Positions 1 to 8,405 of a stretch of 56,818 nt of DNA are shown here, piece by piece (the stretch's first letter is position 1; every line of letters starts with the position of its first letter). The notes beneath the pieces were generated by a model that worked only from the letters and a program-made list of their open reading frames with translations, made no database searches and had not been told where the DNA came from. Made by a program: the position numbers and the translations under genes. Location: positions 1 to 56,818 of the IMG/VR virus record IMGVR_UViG_3300017530_000090, one strand, 5' to 3'. This stretch comes from a virus. Its lineage: Duplodnaviria > Caudoviricetes.

Positions 1-151
1 TGCGATCCTCTGCTCCCCTGCCTGTCATGGGCGGGCGGCCTAGCTGTCCCTGCCGTAGACACCCTGACTGCGCGCTGTGCTCCTGCCTGCTAGCCGTGCG
101 ATCCTCTGCTCCCCTGCCTGTCATGGGCGGGCGGCCTAGCTGTCCCTGCCG
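1..151. repeat. 55-bp direct repeat, 2 copies (1-55 and 97-151), in a pyrimidine-skewed non-coding stretch
   Basis: tgcgatcctctgctcccctgcctgtcatgggcgggcggcctagctgtccctgccg occurs identically at 1 and 97; the first copy may extend beyond the window. Confidence 0.9.
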
Positions 152-280
152 CTGCTGCTGTCCGCTGTGCTGCGCCCGCGTCGGCTGCTGCTCCCCGCTG
201 TGCTCGGCTCTGGCTGGTACTCCCCTAATCCCCCTCGCCGACAACCCCCCGCATGGGCGAGCGGGCAGGGAGCAAGGCAC

Positions 281-310
281 AAAAATAGACCCCCTTGCCA
301 GCAAGGGGGT
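281..310 (-). terminator. Rho-independent terminator of the leftward small-gene cluster
   Basis: Minus strand reads acccccttg-ctgg-caagggggt (9-bp stem) followed by ctattttt. Confidence 0.65.
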
Positions 311-613
311 AGGTTGACCGACGCGCAAGCGCACACCTTGCGCTTGTGCTCGCCGCCGGGTTGCTTGTGCGTTCGTTTACTGCGCGGCTGCCCGTGCAGC
401 CGTATCGACACAGAGCGTCACGTCGGCATATGGTGGCGGGAGCGTGGTGTCATGCGCATGGCATGGTTCGGTGTGATAGTTTACCGTTCCGCCTGCTCTG
501 TCGCTTGTAGGGACTACGATGATCTCGCCGGTGCGCCCGCCTTCCTGCTCAAGCTGCGCCAGCGGCACACAACGGTAGCCGTCGTTACCACTGCCTGCCC
601 GCCAGCAGCGTGG

Positions 614-736
614 TTAGATAATCATGACAATGATCGAGTAGATCACCATTGCCAATAACACCATGCCGATGACCGGAGTAATGCCCGACTGCGACCTGGC
701 AGCATATTGCATCTCAAGCATCTGCTGTTTGCTCAT
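614..736 (-). CDS. small hypothetical membrane protein
   Basis: MSKQQMLEMQY...VIGMVLLAMVIYSIIVMII has a hydrophobic C-terminus; start uncertain. Confidence 0.35.
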   Translation of the reverse strand: MSKQQMLEMQYAARSQSGITPVIGMVLLAMVIYSIIVMII

Positions 737-805
737 AGATGCGTGGGTAGATTGCTCCTTGTCCTTGCCACCCTTCTTCATACCGCCGCTTCCGCAGCCC
801 ACGGG

Positions 806-1042
806 TTAAGCCACCTTCTTGGCGGTGCGCGTCGGCTTCGCGGCCGTGCGCGCAGGCAGCGCAGCGTCAAGCGCTACCTTCGCTTCCTCTAGCCGCTTGA
901 CCGCCGAGCGCTTCCGCGAATTGCCGCGTGTTCCTTCCCCCGTACTGCCAGGGAAGTAAATGGGTGGCATGAATTGCGCGCACTGTGCGAAGACCGTCAC
1001 CGCTAGCATCATCACTGCCAGTAAATAAACCATGTTGTGCAC
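806..1042 (-). CDS. hypothetical protein, hydrophobic N-terminus and basic C-terminus
   Basis: GTG start preceded by GGAAGGAAA; in line with neighbouring minus-strand ORFs. Confidence 0.45.
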   Translation of the reverse strand: MHNMVYLLAVMMLAVTVFAQCAQFMPPIYFPGSTGEGTRGNSRKRSAVKRLEEAKVALDAALPARTAAKPTRTAKKVA

Positions 1043-1066
1043 TTTCCTTCCGTCGCCAATGGCGAC

Positions 1067-1276
1067 TTACGCGGCAGGGCGACGCCTGCCGACATGACGG
1101 GCGATCCGGTTCGGCAGCCGTCCTAGAGCGCCCGCGCTCTCTAGGTCACGCCGTAGGTAGCGAAGGCGACGATCAGCGAAGTGTTGCACTGCCACGCAGC
1201 GGGCGTTCTCGACGCCGAGCATCGAGGGGGCGACCCCCTCATTCATGCGGATCGGGTTGCCGTTACGGTCTCTCAC
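1067..1276 (-). CDS. hypothetical protein
   Basis: GTG start overlaps the upstream stop (GTGA coupling at 1273-1276). Confidence 0.45.
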   Translation of the reverse strand: MRDRNGNPIRMNEGVAPSMLGVENARCVAVQHFADRRLRYLRRDLESAGALGRLPNRIARHVGRRRPAA

Positions 1277-1515
1277 GATGCCCACCGCCCACCGCTCGCT
1301 ACTTCCGGCCGCCAGCCGTTCAGTACATCGGGAGCACTTGTCAGCACGCGAACCGATGTGTTCGCGGGTAGTACCTCCGGCGGCTGCTCGAATCGAACCG
1401 ACCGCGCCGGAAGTAGCGGGCTGTAGTGGTAGGCGATGATCCAATGATCGGGCATCGCCGACGCAAGGATCGTCGCGCCGCAGCCATCGAACGTGCAACG
1501 CTCTAGGCGTGTCAT
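1273..1515 (-). CDS. hypothetical protein (MTRLERCTFDGCGA...)
   Basis: AAGGAAGG RBS before ATG at 1515; first gene downstream of the promoter at 1572-1598. Confidence 0.55.
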   Translation of the reverse strand: MTRLERCTFDGCGATILASAMPDHWIIAYHYSPLLPARSVRFEQPPEVLPANTSVRVLTSAPDVLNGWRPEVASGGRWAS

Positions 1516-1571
1516 TGTGTGCCTTCCTTTCGGGGGTTTGTATGTCTGTTCGTTTTCCCCTCTCATATATA

Positions 1572-1598
1572 GTATCGGCATCGGGCCGATGTTCTGAA
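1572..1598 (-). promoter_or_regulatory. sigma28 (FliA/WhiG/SigD)-like promoter, leftward
   Basis: TTCA-N15-GCCGATAC; sigma28 consensus is TAAA-N15-GCCGATAA. Confidence 0.55.
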
Positions 1599-1650
1599 GG
1601 GGCGCGCCGATCTTTTTCGCGCCTATCTTTAGAACATCGGCCCGATGCCG
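1576..1650. repeat. long inverted repeat/hairpin, 20-bp perfect arms
   Basis: cggcatcgggccgatgttct (1576-1595) / agaacatcggcccgatgccg (1631-1650), with an inner ggcgcg/cgcgcc stem. Confidence 0.9.
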
Positions 1651-1730
1651 GAACGTTACACCCTGGCGGGCCAAGGCAGGCCACAGGAGCAGGGAGCCAC
1701 AGTTGCGGCCAGACGTGGCCGTCTATCCTC

Positions 1731-1910
1731 AATTTACACTATTGCTGACGAGCGTTCACAAATTTACACTATTGCTGACGAGCGTTCACAAATTTACACT
1801 ATTGCTGACGAGCGTTCACAAATTTACACTATTGCTGACGAGCGTTCACAAATTTACACTATTGCTGACGAGCGTTCACAAATTTACACTATTGCTGACG
1901 AGCGTTCACA
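1731..1910. repeat. perfect tandem array, 6 x 30 bp
   Basis: aatttacactattgctgacgagcgttcaca repeated six times with no spacers. Confidence 0.97.
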
Positions 1911-2032
1911 ACTATGGCCCGGTACGCGCACGATAGGACGATTTTGCACTATCAACCGACCGACGGCCAACTATGGCCCGATTCCATCCCACGGGGCCAG
2001 CTATGGCCGTCCACGCTCCACGATCTACGTGT

Positions 2033-2142
2033 GGGCCAAGACAGGGAGCTACACTACGGGCCACGGGCCAAGACAGGGAGCTACACTACGGGCCACGGGC
2101 CAAGACAGGGAGCTACACTACGGGCCACGGGCCAAGACAGGG
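2033..2142. repeat. tandem array, 3.4 x 32 bp
   Basis: gggccaagacagggagctacactacgggccac at 2033, 2065 and 2097, plus a partial copy at 2129. Confidence 0.95.
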
Positions 2143-2344
2143 TGGCGGACTTCCCAACTACTATTATAAAACGTGTACGTCGGAGCCGGGCCAGGGAGCT
2201 AAGGGTCGAGCAAATACGCGGGCGCTGGAGCCACAGCACACCCCCTCCCGGCCACACTTACCCATTTTCCCCCACATCGTACCCGTACCTCACACACCCT
2301 ATCCGGGCCCGTATAGTATGGTGGCCGGGACTTCGGCTGGCGGG

Positions 2345-2408
2345 CGGAAAGCCGGAAACCCCCCAAAGCCTCTTCCTCGGAAAGCCGGAAACCCCCCAAA
2401 GCCTCTTC
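2345..2408. repeat. tandem duplication, 2 x 33 bp
   Basis: cggaaagccggaaaccccccaaagcctcttc(ct) occurs twice. Confidence 0.93.
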
Positions 2409-2499
2409 TCATGAGCCAGTAGGTCGGAAAGAGGGTGGCCCGACTCAATGAGCGGGCTGGCAAGCGGGAAAGCTCCTCTCCTAGCTACGATTGCAGCCC

Positions 2500-2526
2500 T
2501 TCAGACTCCAGCGGCAATGCCGATAC
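2500..2526 (+). promoter_or_regulatory. sigma28-like promoter, rightward
   Basis: TTCA-N15-GCCGATAC, with the same extended context (CCCTTCAGA-N11-ATGCCGATACTA-N3-ATGAG) as the leftward copy. Confidence 0.55.
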
Positions 2527-2590
2527 TACTAATGAGGGTGTAACGTCTGAAGGGGCGTTGCGTTATACTCTATAGTTGGAGGGTACTGAC

Positions 2591-2859
2591 ATGAGACAAC
2601 CAGGAACACGACGGCCATGCAGGAAGGGCCAACGGCATCGGTGGCTGATGGGCAAAGGCGCTGGTGCTCAACTCTTCGGGGCGGCGGGGTCAGTGGCCTC
2701 AGCGGCAATCGGGCCGGCGACCATCTCAAGGGCACCTGTCGCAAGTGCGGCAAGCGCCGGTATCCCATCGTGGCAGCCAGACAGCCAGACGGCAAGCTGT
2801 TCAAGTTCCCCGCAGGGCCAGTAGCGAGTGCGCTTAAGCGCCAGAGAGGAGGCCAATGA
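2591..2859 (+). pseudogene. small zinc-ribbon-like protein, apparently frameshifted
   Basis: GGAGG RBS and MRQPGTRRPCRKGQRHRW in one frame; GTCRKCGKRRYP... in another frame that couples (ATGA) to the next gene. Confidence 0.4.
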
Positions 2860-3065
2860 TGATGCACGAATTCACCATTGAAGTTACGGTACAGGTGGAC
2901 ACCGACGATCCGACTCGCAGTCAAGAAGCACTTGGCCGGGCAGCGGTCGCGGCCATACGACACGCCGTTGAAGAGGCGGATGCGAACGGCTTTGTCCATC
3001 CCCTGGCCGACGAAACGAGTATCGGCGTGCGGGACGTGCTGCTACAGGAAGGAGGCCAAGCATGA
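2856..3065 (+). CDS. hypothetical protein
   Basis: AGGAGG RBS; protein-like composition. Confidence 0.7.
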   Translation: MMMHEFTIEVTVQVDTDDPTRSQEALGRAAVAAIRHAVEEADANGFVHPLADETSIGVRDVLLQEGGQA

Positions 3066-3256
3066 CGGTAACAGCGGCCAACCACGCAGGAATGCACCGA
3101 CACTTGAAGCGGGAGGCCAACCTCAGCGGCAGGTAGCCACCCATGCGAGAGATGCGGCCAGCCGGTGAGCGGGGCCAAGATGTGCGCGGACTGCTTCCGT
3201 GCGCTGACCATCCGCGACCCCGACGCGGCAGGCCATCACTGCGAAGGAGGCCACTA

Positions 3257-3571
3257 ATGAACGGTACACCGATGATCTTTCGTCTAGTCCATGCCATCAT
3301 CTGCGCCCGTAGCTCTGCCGACGGTGAGCGAGCCTTCGCCGCGCTATGCCGCAAAGACCTAGAGGCTGCCGAGCACCTAGCCATCGTGCTCACGGCTGCG
3401 GTGCCGTCGACGGCTCCACTCTGGCGCATGATCCTGGCCGAAATGGAGCAGACAAAGAAGGATGAGGCCAAGATGATTGCTGGCCCACCAATCGCCGAGT
3501 GCGATGCGGCGGACACGGCGACAGCATTCGCCGATCATCTAGGCTGGCGGGATATGGAGCGGCGGGCATGA
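3257..3571 (+). CDS. hypothetical protein
   Basis: AAGGAGG RBS before ATG at 3257. Confidence 0.6.
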   Translation: MNGTPMIFRLVHAIICARSSADGERAFAALCRKDLEAAEHLAIVLTAAVPSTAPLWRMILAEMEQTKKDEAKMIAGPPIAECDAADTATAFADHLGWRDMERRA

Positions 3572-3576
3572 GGCGG

Positions 3577-3953
3577 CTACTGCTTGCGTGAACGCTGGCA
3601 ATGCTCCTCGTGCTCCTCGAACGAGGCTAGAGCACGGGCGATAGCATGAGGGGCTGTGTAACGTGCGGCACGGCGGGCACGTTCGCGCACACGTCCGCAG
3701 GCACGGCAACCGCGCCTACCATCGGGGCGGATGTACAGGTTGTCCCCGGAGTAGGGATGGGGCCAGCGGGGATGGGGCCATAAACGGCCTCGTAGGCCCA
3801 ACGGTGGGCGTAAATCATTCGGCCATCAAACCAGAACCGCCCGTAGCCATTATGGACGATTGTGGCCGTCCACAACCAGCAGCGGCCAGGCACTCGATCA
3901 GAGAACGGCCCATGCTTGTCGACCTTAGCCAAGAATCGGGTTGCGGCATCCAT
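3577..3953 (-). pseudogene. HNH endonuclease remnant, catalytic core deleted and frameshifted
   Basis: RFLAKV..CWLW..GYG..AHRWAY..GPIPAG then, in another frame, HPYSGDNLY..CRAC; the DHLC...N..H core is missing. Confidence 0.85.
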
Positions 3954-4061
3954 GCCTCATTATATCGAATCGAATCTAGCTGTAACAAGAGACGCCTACT
4001 GGCGTTCTACGCTATGGAGCAACAGGCAAGGAAGCCGAGACGGAGCAACTGCGGGGTGGCT

Positions 4062-4138
4062 CCGTCGCCGATCAGCAGTCCAAGCGGGTCAAGTCGTCTC
4101 AGCTTGGCCCCGCCTTCCTTCCTGCTGATCGGCGACGG
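4062..4138. repeat. long inverted repeat/hairpin, 17-bp perfect arms
   Basis: ccgtcgccgatcagcag / ctgctgatcggcgacgg with an imperfect inner stem. Confidence 0.9.
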
Positions 4139-4177
4139 GCTACCCGGCCCGAACTAATCAAGAGAGGAGGCCAAGAT

Positions 4178-4735
4178 ATGGCAAGACAGACATTCGAGAA
4201 GGGCCAGACGGTGTACGTCGCCCGCTACAGCCGCAACCACTGGCGGAAGGCAGTCGTGGCCAACCCGGACATCGAGAAGACGGCCTACGGATTTGGCCCG
4301 GCCAACCGCACGATTCACTACGTCGGAATCAGTTACGTCAAGGACGACGGCACGGTCGACGAAGGGAACGAGTGGCCGATCCTGAACAACCGGCAGCAGA
4401 TCGTGACCGCCGAACGGTACGCGGAGATCGCCCAGGCCAATGACATCGCCAAGCTGCGCGGCACAATTCGGGCCCATCGGAAATTCGAGGAAGACCTCGA
4501 CAGGTTTACCAAGCAGGCGACGGCCATCATCAATACGATGGTGACGCGCGACGGGAGCATCGATGTGCTGGAGTTGGCCCTGCACCTGCGCGGGGTGTTC
4601 AGCTTCCGATCCTCGTACATTCAACAGACGGCGGCACAAGTCGCTCGCACACGCGCCGAGTACCTAGCCGGCGCGCACAAGGCGCAGACGGCGCTACACA
4701 AGCTAGGCGTACAGCCGCCAGAGCTAGCACTATGA
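4178..4735 (+). CDS. hypothetical protein
   Basis: AGGAGG RBS; 185 aa with GC3-rich codons. Confidence 0.85.
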   Translation: MARQTFEKGQTVYVARYSRNHWRKAVVANPDIEKTAYGFGPANRTIHYVGISYVKDDGTVDEGNEWPILNNRQQIVTAERYAEIAQANDIAKLRGTIRAHRKFEEDLDRFTKQATAIINTMVTRDGSIDVLELALHLRGVFSFRSSYIQQTAAQVARTRAEYLAGAHKAQTALHKLGVQPPELAL

Positions 4736-5230
4736 GGATGGAGACGCGCACGGTAACGATACGCCTAGTGGTTAGGCTCCCGCGACTTCTACAAGCGGGC
4801 GGCGTCACTGGACGCGGCTAAGGCAAAGAGGAATTCCTCATGCGCCTGGTCGACCTGGAGGGCCAACTACACCTGTTCGCCGATGCGATCAAGGAACGGC
4901 TTGGCGAGCTAGAGCGGGAAGGGGCCTTGGCAAGTGGCTGCTAATCGGGCCTTGGAGTTCACGCCCATCCGCATCGGGGCCATCGTGAAGCAGGGCGGCG
5001 AGCTATGCTCGGACTGCGGGCCAGAGCATCTTGGCCAGCAACCGCATCTTCAGCCATACTGCCGGTTCACACTATTGGTGTATATGCCGGTCATAACATC
5101 GGCCCCATCTGGTATGGCCAACGCCATGCCGTTCATCGGCCACCAGCGCACTCCGCCGGTCGACATCGGCGGTGCGCAGACGACCAACCATCCGGCGGCA
5201 GCGCAATTCGTGAGGTTCCTGAATTGGAAT

Positions 5231-5257
5231 TAAAGGGCCAGCGATTCCTGCCGATAC
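5231..5257 (+). promoter_or_regulatory. sigma28-like promoter
   Basis: TAAA-N15-GCCGATAC, 30 bp upstream of the ATG at 5288. Confidence 0.6.
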
Positions 5258-5287
5258 TACTATTAGTGGAAAGGGGGGTAGAGAACT

Positions 5288-5962
5288 ATGCCACGAAAGC
5301 GAGTCAAGCAAACGGAGCCAACCCTGCCAATCCTCAAGCTGGACAACGTGCCGGGGCCAGAAGCCAGTGAGGCCGAGCTTAAGGAGCACTACGGGCGGGT
5401 GCAAGAGATCATGGCCACGCATCGGTACGATGACGTGATCCACGCCTGCCACTGGTGCTGCGATATGGAAGCGGGCCTCGCCTATACCAAGCCGGATCAG
5501 ACGAGGGGCAGCCGGGTGTTCTGTTCGGGCCGCTGTGCCAGTGCCTTCGGCGCGTACCAGGTGAGGGTGCTGCACTTGAGCCGAAAGCCGAAACCGGCAT
5601 CGCCGTCCGAGGGCGACGAAACGGCGGACACTGCCGATGAGGCCCAATCGCCCGATGACGATGATGCGAAGGCGTCCCTCACACGGACAGCCGAGACACA
5701 GTGGAAGCCGACGGGCGAACGGCCACGCAGGAGCAGGCGTGTGAAGGATGTAACCAAGGTCGTCGGCCAGGAGGGCACCGGAAAGACCACTGCCGGGCCA
5801 AAGCGGTCACGGGCCAGCAAGCCCAAACGCACGGATGGCAAGTGCGCCAAGGGTCTTCACAAGATGACCGAGGCCAATACCTACACCTATCAGGATAAGG
5901 TCTGGTGCCGTGAATGCCGGAAGGCATCAAGGGCTAAGAGCGCCAACGGGAAGGGCAAGTGA
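5288..5962 (+). CDS. hypothetical protein with Cys motifs and a C-terminal HNH-associated-type zinc finger
   Basis: CHWC...FCSGRC and C-terminal CAKGLH...NTY...CREC. Confidence 0.75.
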   Translation: MPRKRVKQTEPTLPILKLDNVPGPEASEAELKEHYGRVQEIMATHRYDDVIHACHWCCDMEAGLAYTKPDQTRGSRVFCSGRCASAFGAYQVRVLHLSRKPKPASPSEGDETADTADEAQSPDDDDAKASLTRTAETQWKPTGERPRRSRRVKDVTKVVGQEGTGKTTAGPKRSRASKPKRTDGKCAKGLHKMTEANTYTYQDKVWCRECRKASRAKSANGKGK

Positions 5963-5967
5963 TGATG

Positions 5968-6183
5968 CTAGGCTGCGCGGGCACAATGACGAATACGGCA
6001 CAGATGGTCGATGGTCAATCCAGCGGGGATGGGGCCATAAACGGCCTCGTAGGCCCAACGGTGGGCGTAAATCATTCGGCCATCAAACCAGAACTGGCCA
6101 TAACCATCGCTAATCGAGGCCGTCCAGAGCCAGCAGGTCGACGTCTTCTGAACCTTGGCCCAGAAGCGTTGCTCTGTATTCAT
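5968..6183 (-). pseudogene. HNH endonuclease, 3'-truncated
   Basis: RFWAKV..CWLW..AHRWAY..IDHLCRIRHC then stop before the Asn/His of the HNH motif; shares a 75-bp identical block with 3763-3837. Confidence 0.85.
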
Positions 6184-6219
6184 GGCCTCAATATAATCGA
6201 TCAAGGTAGCCGAAGCAAG

Positions 6220-6300
6220 CCGGCCCCCATCGCTGCCAGCGAGTTAGCACCCGCGCCCGTGGGAGCTAGTCACACCCTCGCTGGCAGCGATGGGGGCCGG
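6220..6300. repeat. long inverted repeat/hairpin, 24-bp perfect arms
   Basis: ccggcccccatcgctgccagcgag / ctcgctggcagcgatgggggccgg; the loop can also pair. Confidence 0.92.
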
Positions 6301-6330
6301 AAGACTCCACTCTATAGAAGGGTGATTAGT

Positions 6331-6741
6331 ATGGCACAGATGGTACGCCTGCACTTCGAGGGCCAAGTCGATGTCGAGGTCGATCACGACGGCGAAGACC
6401 CTGAAGCGTGGGCAGCGGCCATCCTGGCGACTTGGGAGACACTGAACGAGCACAAGATAGCCGAAGCCGCCAAGATGAACGGACACACGATCCTGAACGA
6501 GTCGTGCGGCCCGCACGGGCAAGAGAGGAGCAACGTACATGGGATACTACATCGAGGTTCCGCACCCGAAGGGCAAGGCGCAGCAGTTGGCCGATCTGCA
6601 CGGCGCGACCACGCTGGCAGCAGGGCCGCCCACCGCCTTCACGGAAGTGCCAGAAGGCATGGCCCTGATCTGCGTCGTGATCGACCTGCATCTGGCGTTT
6701 TGGTTCCGAGTCGCGCAGCTTGCCCTAGAGGTTCCGCTTGA
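6331..6741 (+). CDS. hypothetical protein; 3' part probably read-through
   Basis: AAGGGTG RBS; protein-like up to about 6520, then an off-frame overlap with the next gene. Confidence 0.5.
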   Translation: MAQMVRLHFEGQVDVEVDHDGEDPEAWAAAILATWETLNEHKIAEAAKMNGHTILNESCGPHGQERSNVHGILHRGSAPEGQGAAVGRSARRDHAGSRAAHRLHGSARRHGPDLRRDRPASGVLVPSRAACPRGSA

Positions 6742-6877
6742 ATGGTGTAACGCTTTCGCCCGCAGGGGCGTTAGAGAGAGTGAGGATAGCTATGCCAGCA
6801 GAGATGACGCAAGCGCAAATCGATGTGTTGGGCGAGATTCGGGAGAGGGTCGCCAAGCACCGGCTGACGCGGGGTAA
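6539..6877 (+). CDS. hypothetical protein, possibly truncated or fused
   Basis: GAGGAG RBS; MGYYIEV...ICVV N-terminus is protein-like. Confidence 0.55.
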   Translation: MGYYIEVPHPKGKAQQLADLHGATTLAAGPPTAFTEVPEGMALICVVIDLHLAFWFRVAQLALEVPLEWCNAFARRGVRESEDSYASRDDASANRCVGRDSGEGRQAPADAG

Positions 6878-7325
6878 GTACACACTAGGGCGACCGGCCT
6901 ACGGCGGTGAGCACCGCTCCATCGTGGTGCCCGTCCTACGGGGCGGAATCGCAATCGGGTACGTCCGCATCGGCCCTGGCGGCAATGTGGGTCTCCAAGG
7001 GTGCTGCGGGCCGTGTTCGAGGAGCAGGAACATGACCAAGACGCTTGACGAGCTACGGCTACAGATCGCCGAGTACGCGCCGATAGTGGACACGCCGGTC
7101 GACCCGTTTGCCCACAACATCGTGGGCCTCTGCCTGTCGCAGATCGACCGCGAGTTTGGCACGGCTGAAGCGAACAAGGCCATCGACGCATTCGATCTTG
7201 AGGAGAAGGGCTGGCACAAGTTGGGCGTGTGCAAGGCGGGCGACGTTCGCTATAAGCGCCATCGGTACGAGACCACGGGCCAGTGTGTGCGCTGCGGCGC
7301 ACCGAACCCACGAGGGGGTGACTGA
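6792..7325 (+). CDS. hypothetical protein, possibly a fusion of two genes (second start at 7032)
   Basis: GAGG RBS at both ATGs; C-terminal H..CVRC motif. Confidence 0.55.
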   Translation: MPAEMTQAQIDVLGEIRERVAKHRLTRGKYTLGRPAYGGEHRSIVVPVLRGGIAIGYVRIGPGGNVGLQGCCGPCSRSRNMTKTLDELRLQIAEYAPIVDTPVDPFAHNIVGLCLSQIDREFGTAEANKAIDAFDLEEKGWHKLGVCKAGDVRYKRHRYETTGQCVRCGAPNPRGGD

Positions 7326-7762
7326 TGTCTTCGTACAACCAGGTTGAAGAGACCCGCACCCTGGCCGAGACGTTGGGCCTGGCGACCACGGAAATCTTGG
7401 CCCTCTACGACGAGATGGCTGATCTCTGTGCCACGATTGCGGCCCAATTCCCCGCAACGCACGAAAAGATCGGTAAGTATCGGCAGGCGTTTCGCGCCCT
7501 GACGGCCCTGGACGAAGCAAGGGGAGTGCTCAACGAGCTGCTAGAACGTGTAGACCCGCCGGAGCGGAACCTGCCGGTGGCGATCACGGTGGGTAAACAA
7601 ACGGGGTACAACCGGGCCACGTCGCAGCGTGTCCGGCTTGGGAATGCGGTAGTGCGGCTGGTGGGAGTTAAGGACGCTTTGATGGATGAGGGCCTGGCAG
7701 CAGACCTGACCAAAATCATCGAGGAGCTAGGGAATGTTACTTTCCCCCAGCGATACGGTTAG
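7325..7762 (+). CDS. hypothetical helical protein
   Basis: TGATG coupling with the upstream gene; GAGGGGG RBS. Confidence 0.75.
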   Translation: MSSYNQVEETRTLAETLGLATTEILALYDEMADLCATIAAQFPATHEKIGKYRQAFRALTALDEARGVLNELLERVDPPERNLPVAITVGKQTGYNRATSQRVRLGNAVVRLVGVKDALMDEGLAADLTKIIEELGNVTFPQRYG

Positions 7763-8348
7763 CCCACGCCCGTCGATTGCGGGCCTGCTTCGACGCAGGG
7801 TTGGCAGCGTAGTATTGTCGATCCCGTGCGCGAATCAACTCGCGGTTGGCCTCTCGGTATTGGCGTTCGCCGAGGAGAACCGGCGCGAAATGCTCGAATC
7901 CATCTACGATGCGTTCGGTTCGCTGCGATGGCCGGACTTGGGCATCGACTTGACGGTCGACACCCATCACAACTTCGCGGCGATGGAGCACCACGCCGGT
8001 GAGAACCTGATGATCCACCGGACGGGCGCGGTCAAGGCCACGGGCCTTGTAACCATCCCTGGCTCAATGGGCACCGCCAGCTACATCGGTGAGGGTCTGT
8101 CATCGCCGGACTCGTTCAACACTTGCTCCCACGGAGCGGGCCGGTTGATGGGCCGGAAGGTAGCGAACCGTACCATCACCCGCGCGCAGGCCGTCAAGTC
8201 GATGGCACACGTGGTCTACGGCGTCCGCGAGGGCAAGTATGACGAGATGCCGGACTGCTACAAGAAGATCGACGAGGTGATGGCCACGCAGTCTGATCTA
8301 GTGGAGCCGCGCTACCGGCTGACGCCGCTGACTGTGGTAAAAGGATGA
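7734..8348 (+). pseudogene. rtcB: RtcB RNA ligase, C-terminal half only
   Basis: HHNFA, HRTGA (normally HRKGA), IPGSMGTASY, SHGAGRLMGR, DEMPDCYK and C-terminal VVKG; the N-terminal DIGCG/GNH half is absent. Confidence 0.85.
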
Positions 8349-8405
8349 CAACTATTGCGCGCGAGTACGTGACAACTATTGCGCGCGAGTACGTGACAAC
8401 TATTG
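8346..8405. repeat. tandem repeat, 2.5 x 24 bp
   Basis: tgacaactattgcgcgcgagtacg twice plus tgacaactattg. Confidence 0.93.

Noticed and set aside
1731-2142. CRISPR array
   Set aside because: Units are identical and contiguous with no unique spacers; no cas genes in the window
1645-2422. ORFs crossing the tandem arrays
   Set aside because: Open only because the repeat units lack stops in those frames; no RBS and no protein-like content
2428-2480. Small three-way-junction RNA or ribozyme
   Set aside because: Can be folded by eye but lacks hammerhead or other known core motifs; short GC-rich stems arise by chance
3953-4146. IscB/HEARO-type RNA-guided HNH system
   Set aside because: The HNH proteins are short, lack RuvC and PLMP motifs, and the hairpins are much smaller than omega RNAs
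5050-5094. GIY-YIG remnant on the minus strand (MTGIYTNSVNRQYG)
   Set aside because: Too short and gapped to distinguish from chance
3763-6094. Diversity-generating retroelement TR/VR pair
   Set aside because: The 75-bp copies are identical (no adenine-specific changes) and no reverse transcriptase is present
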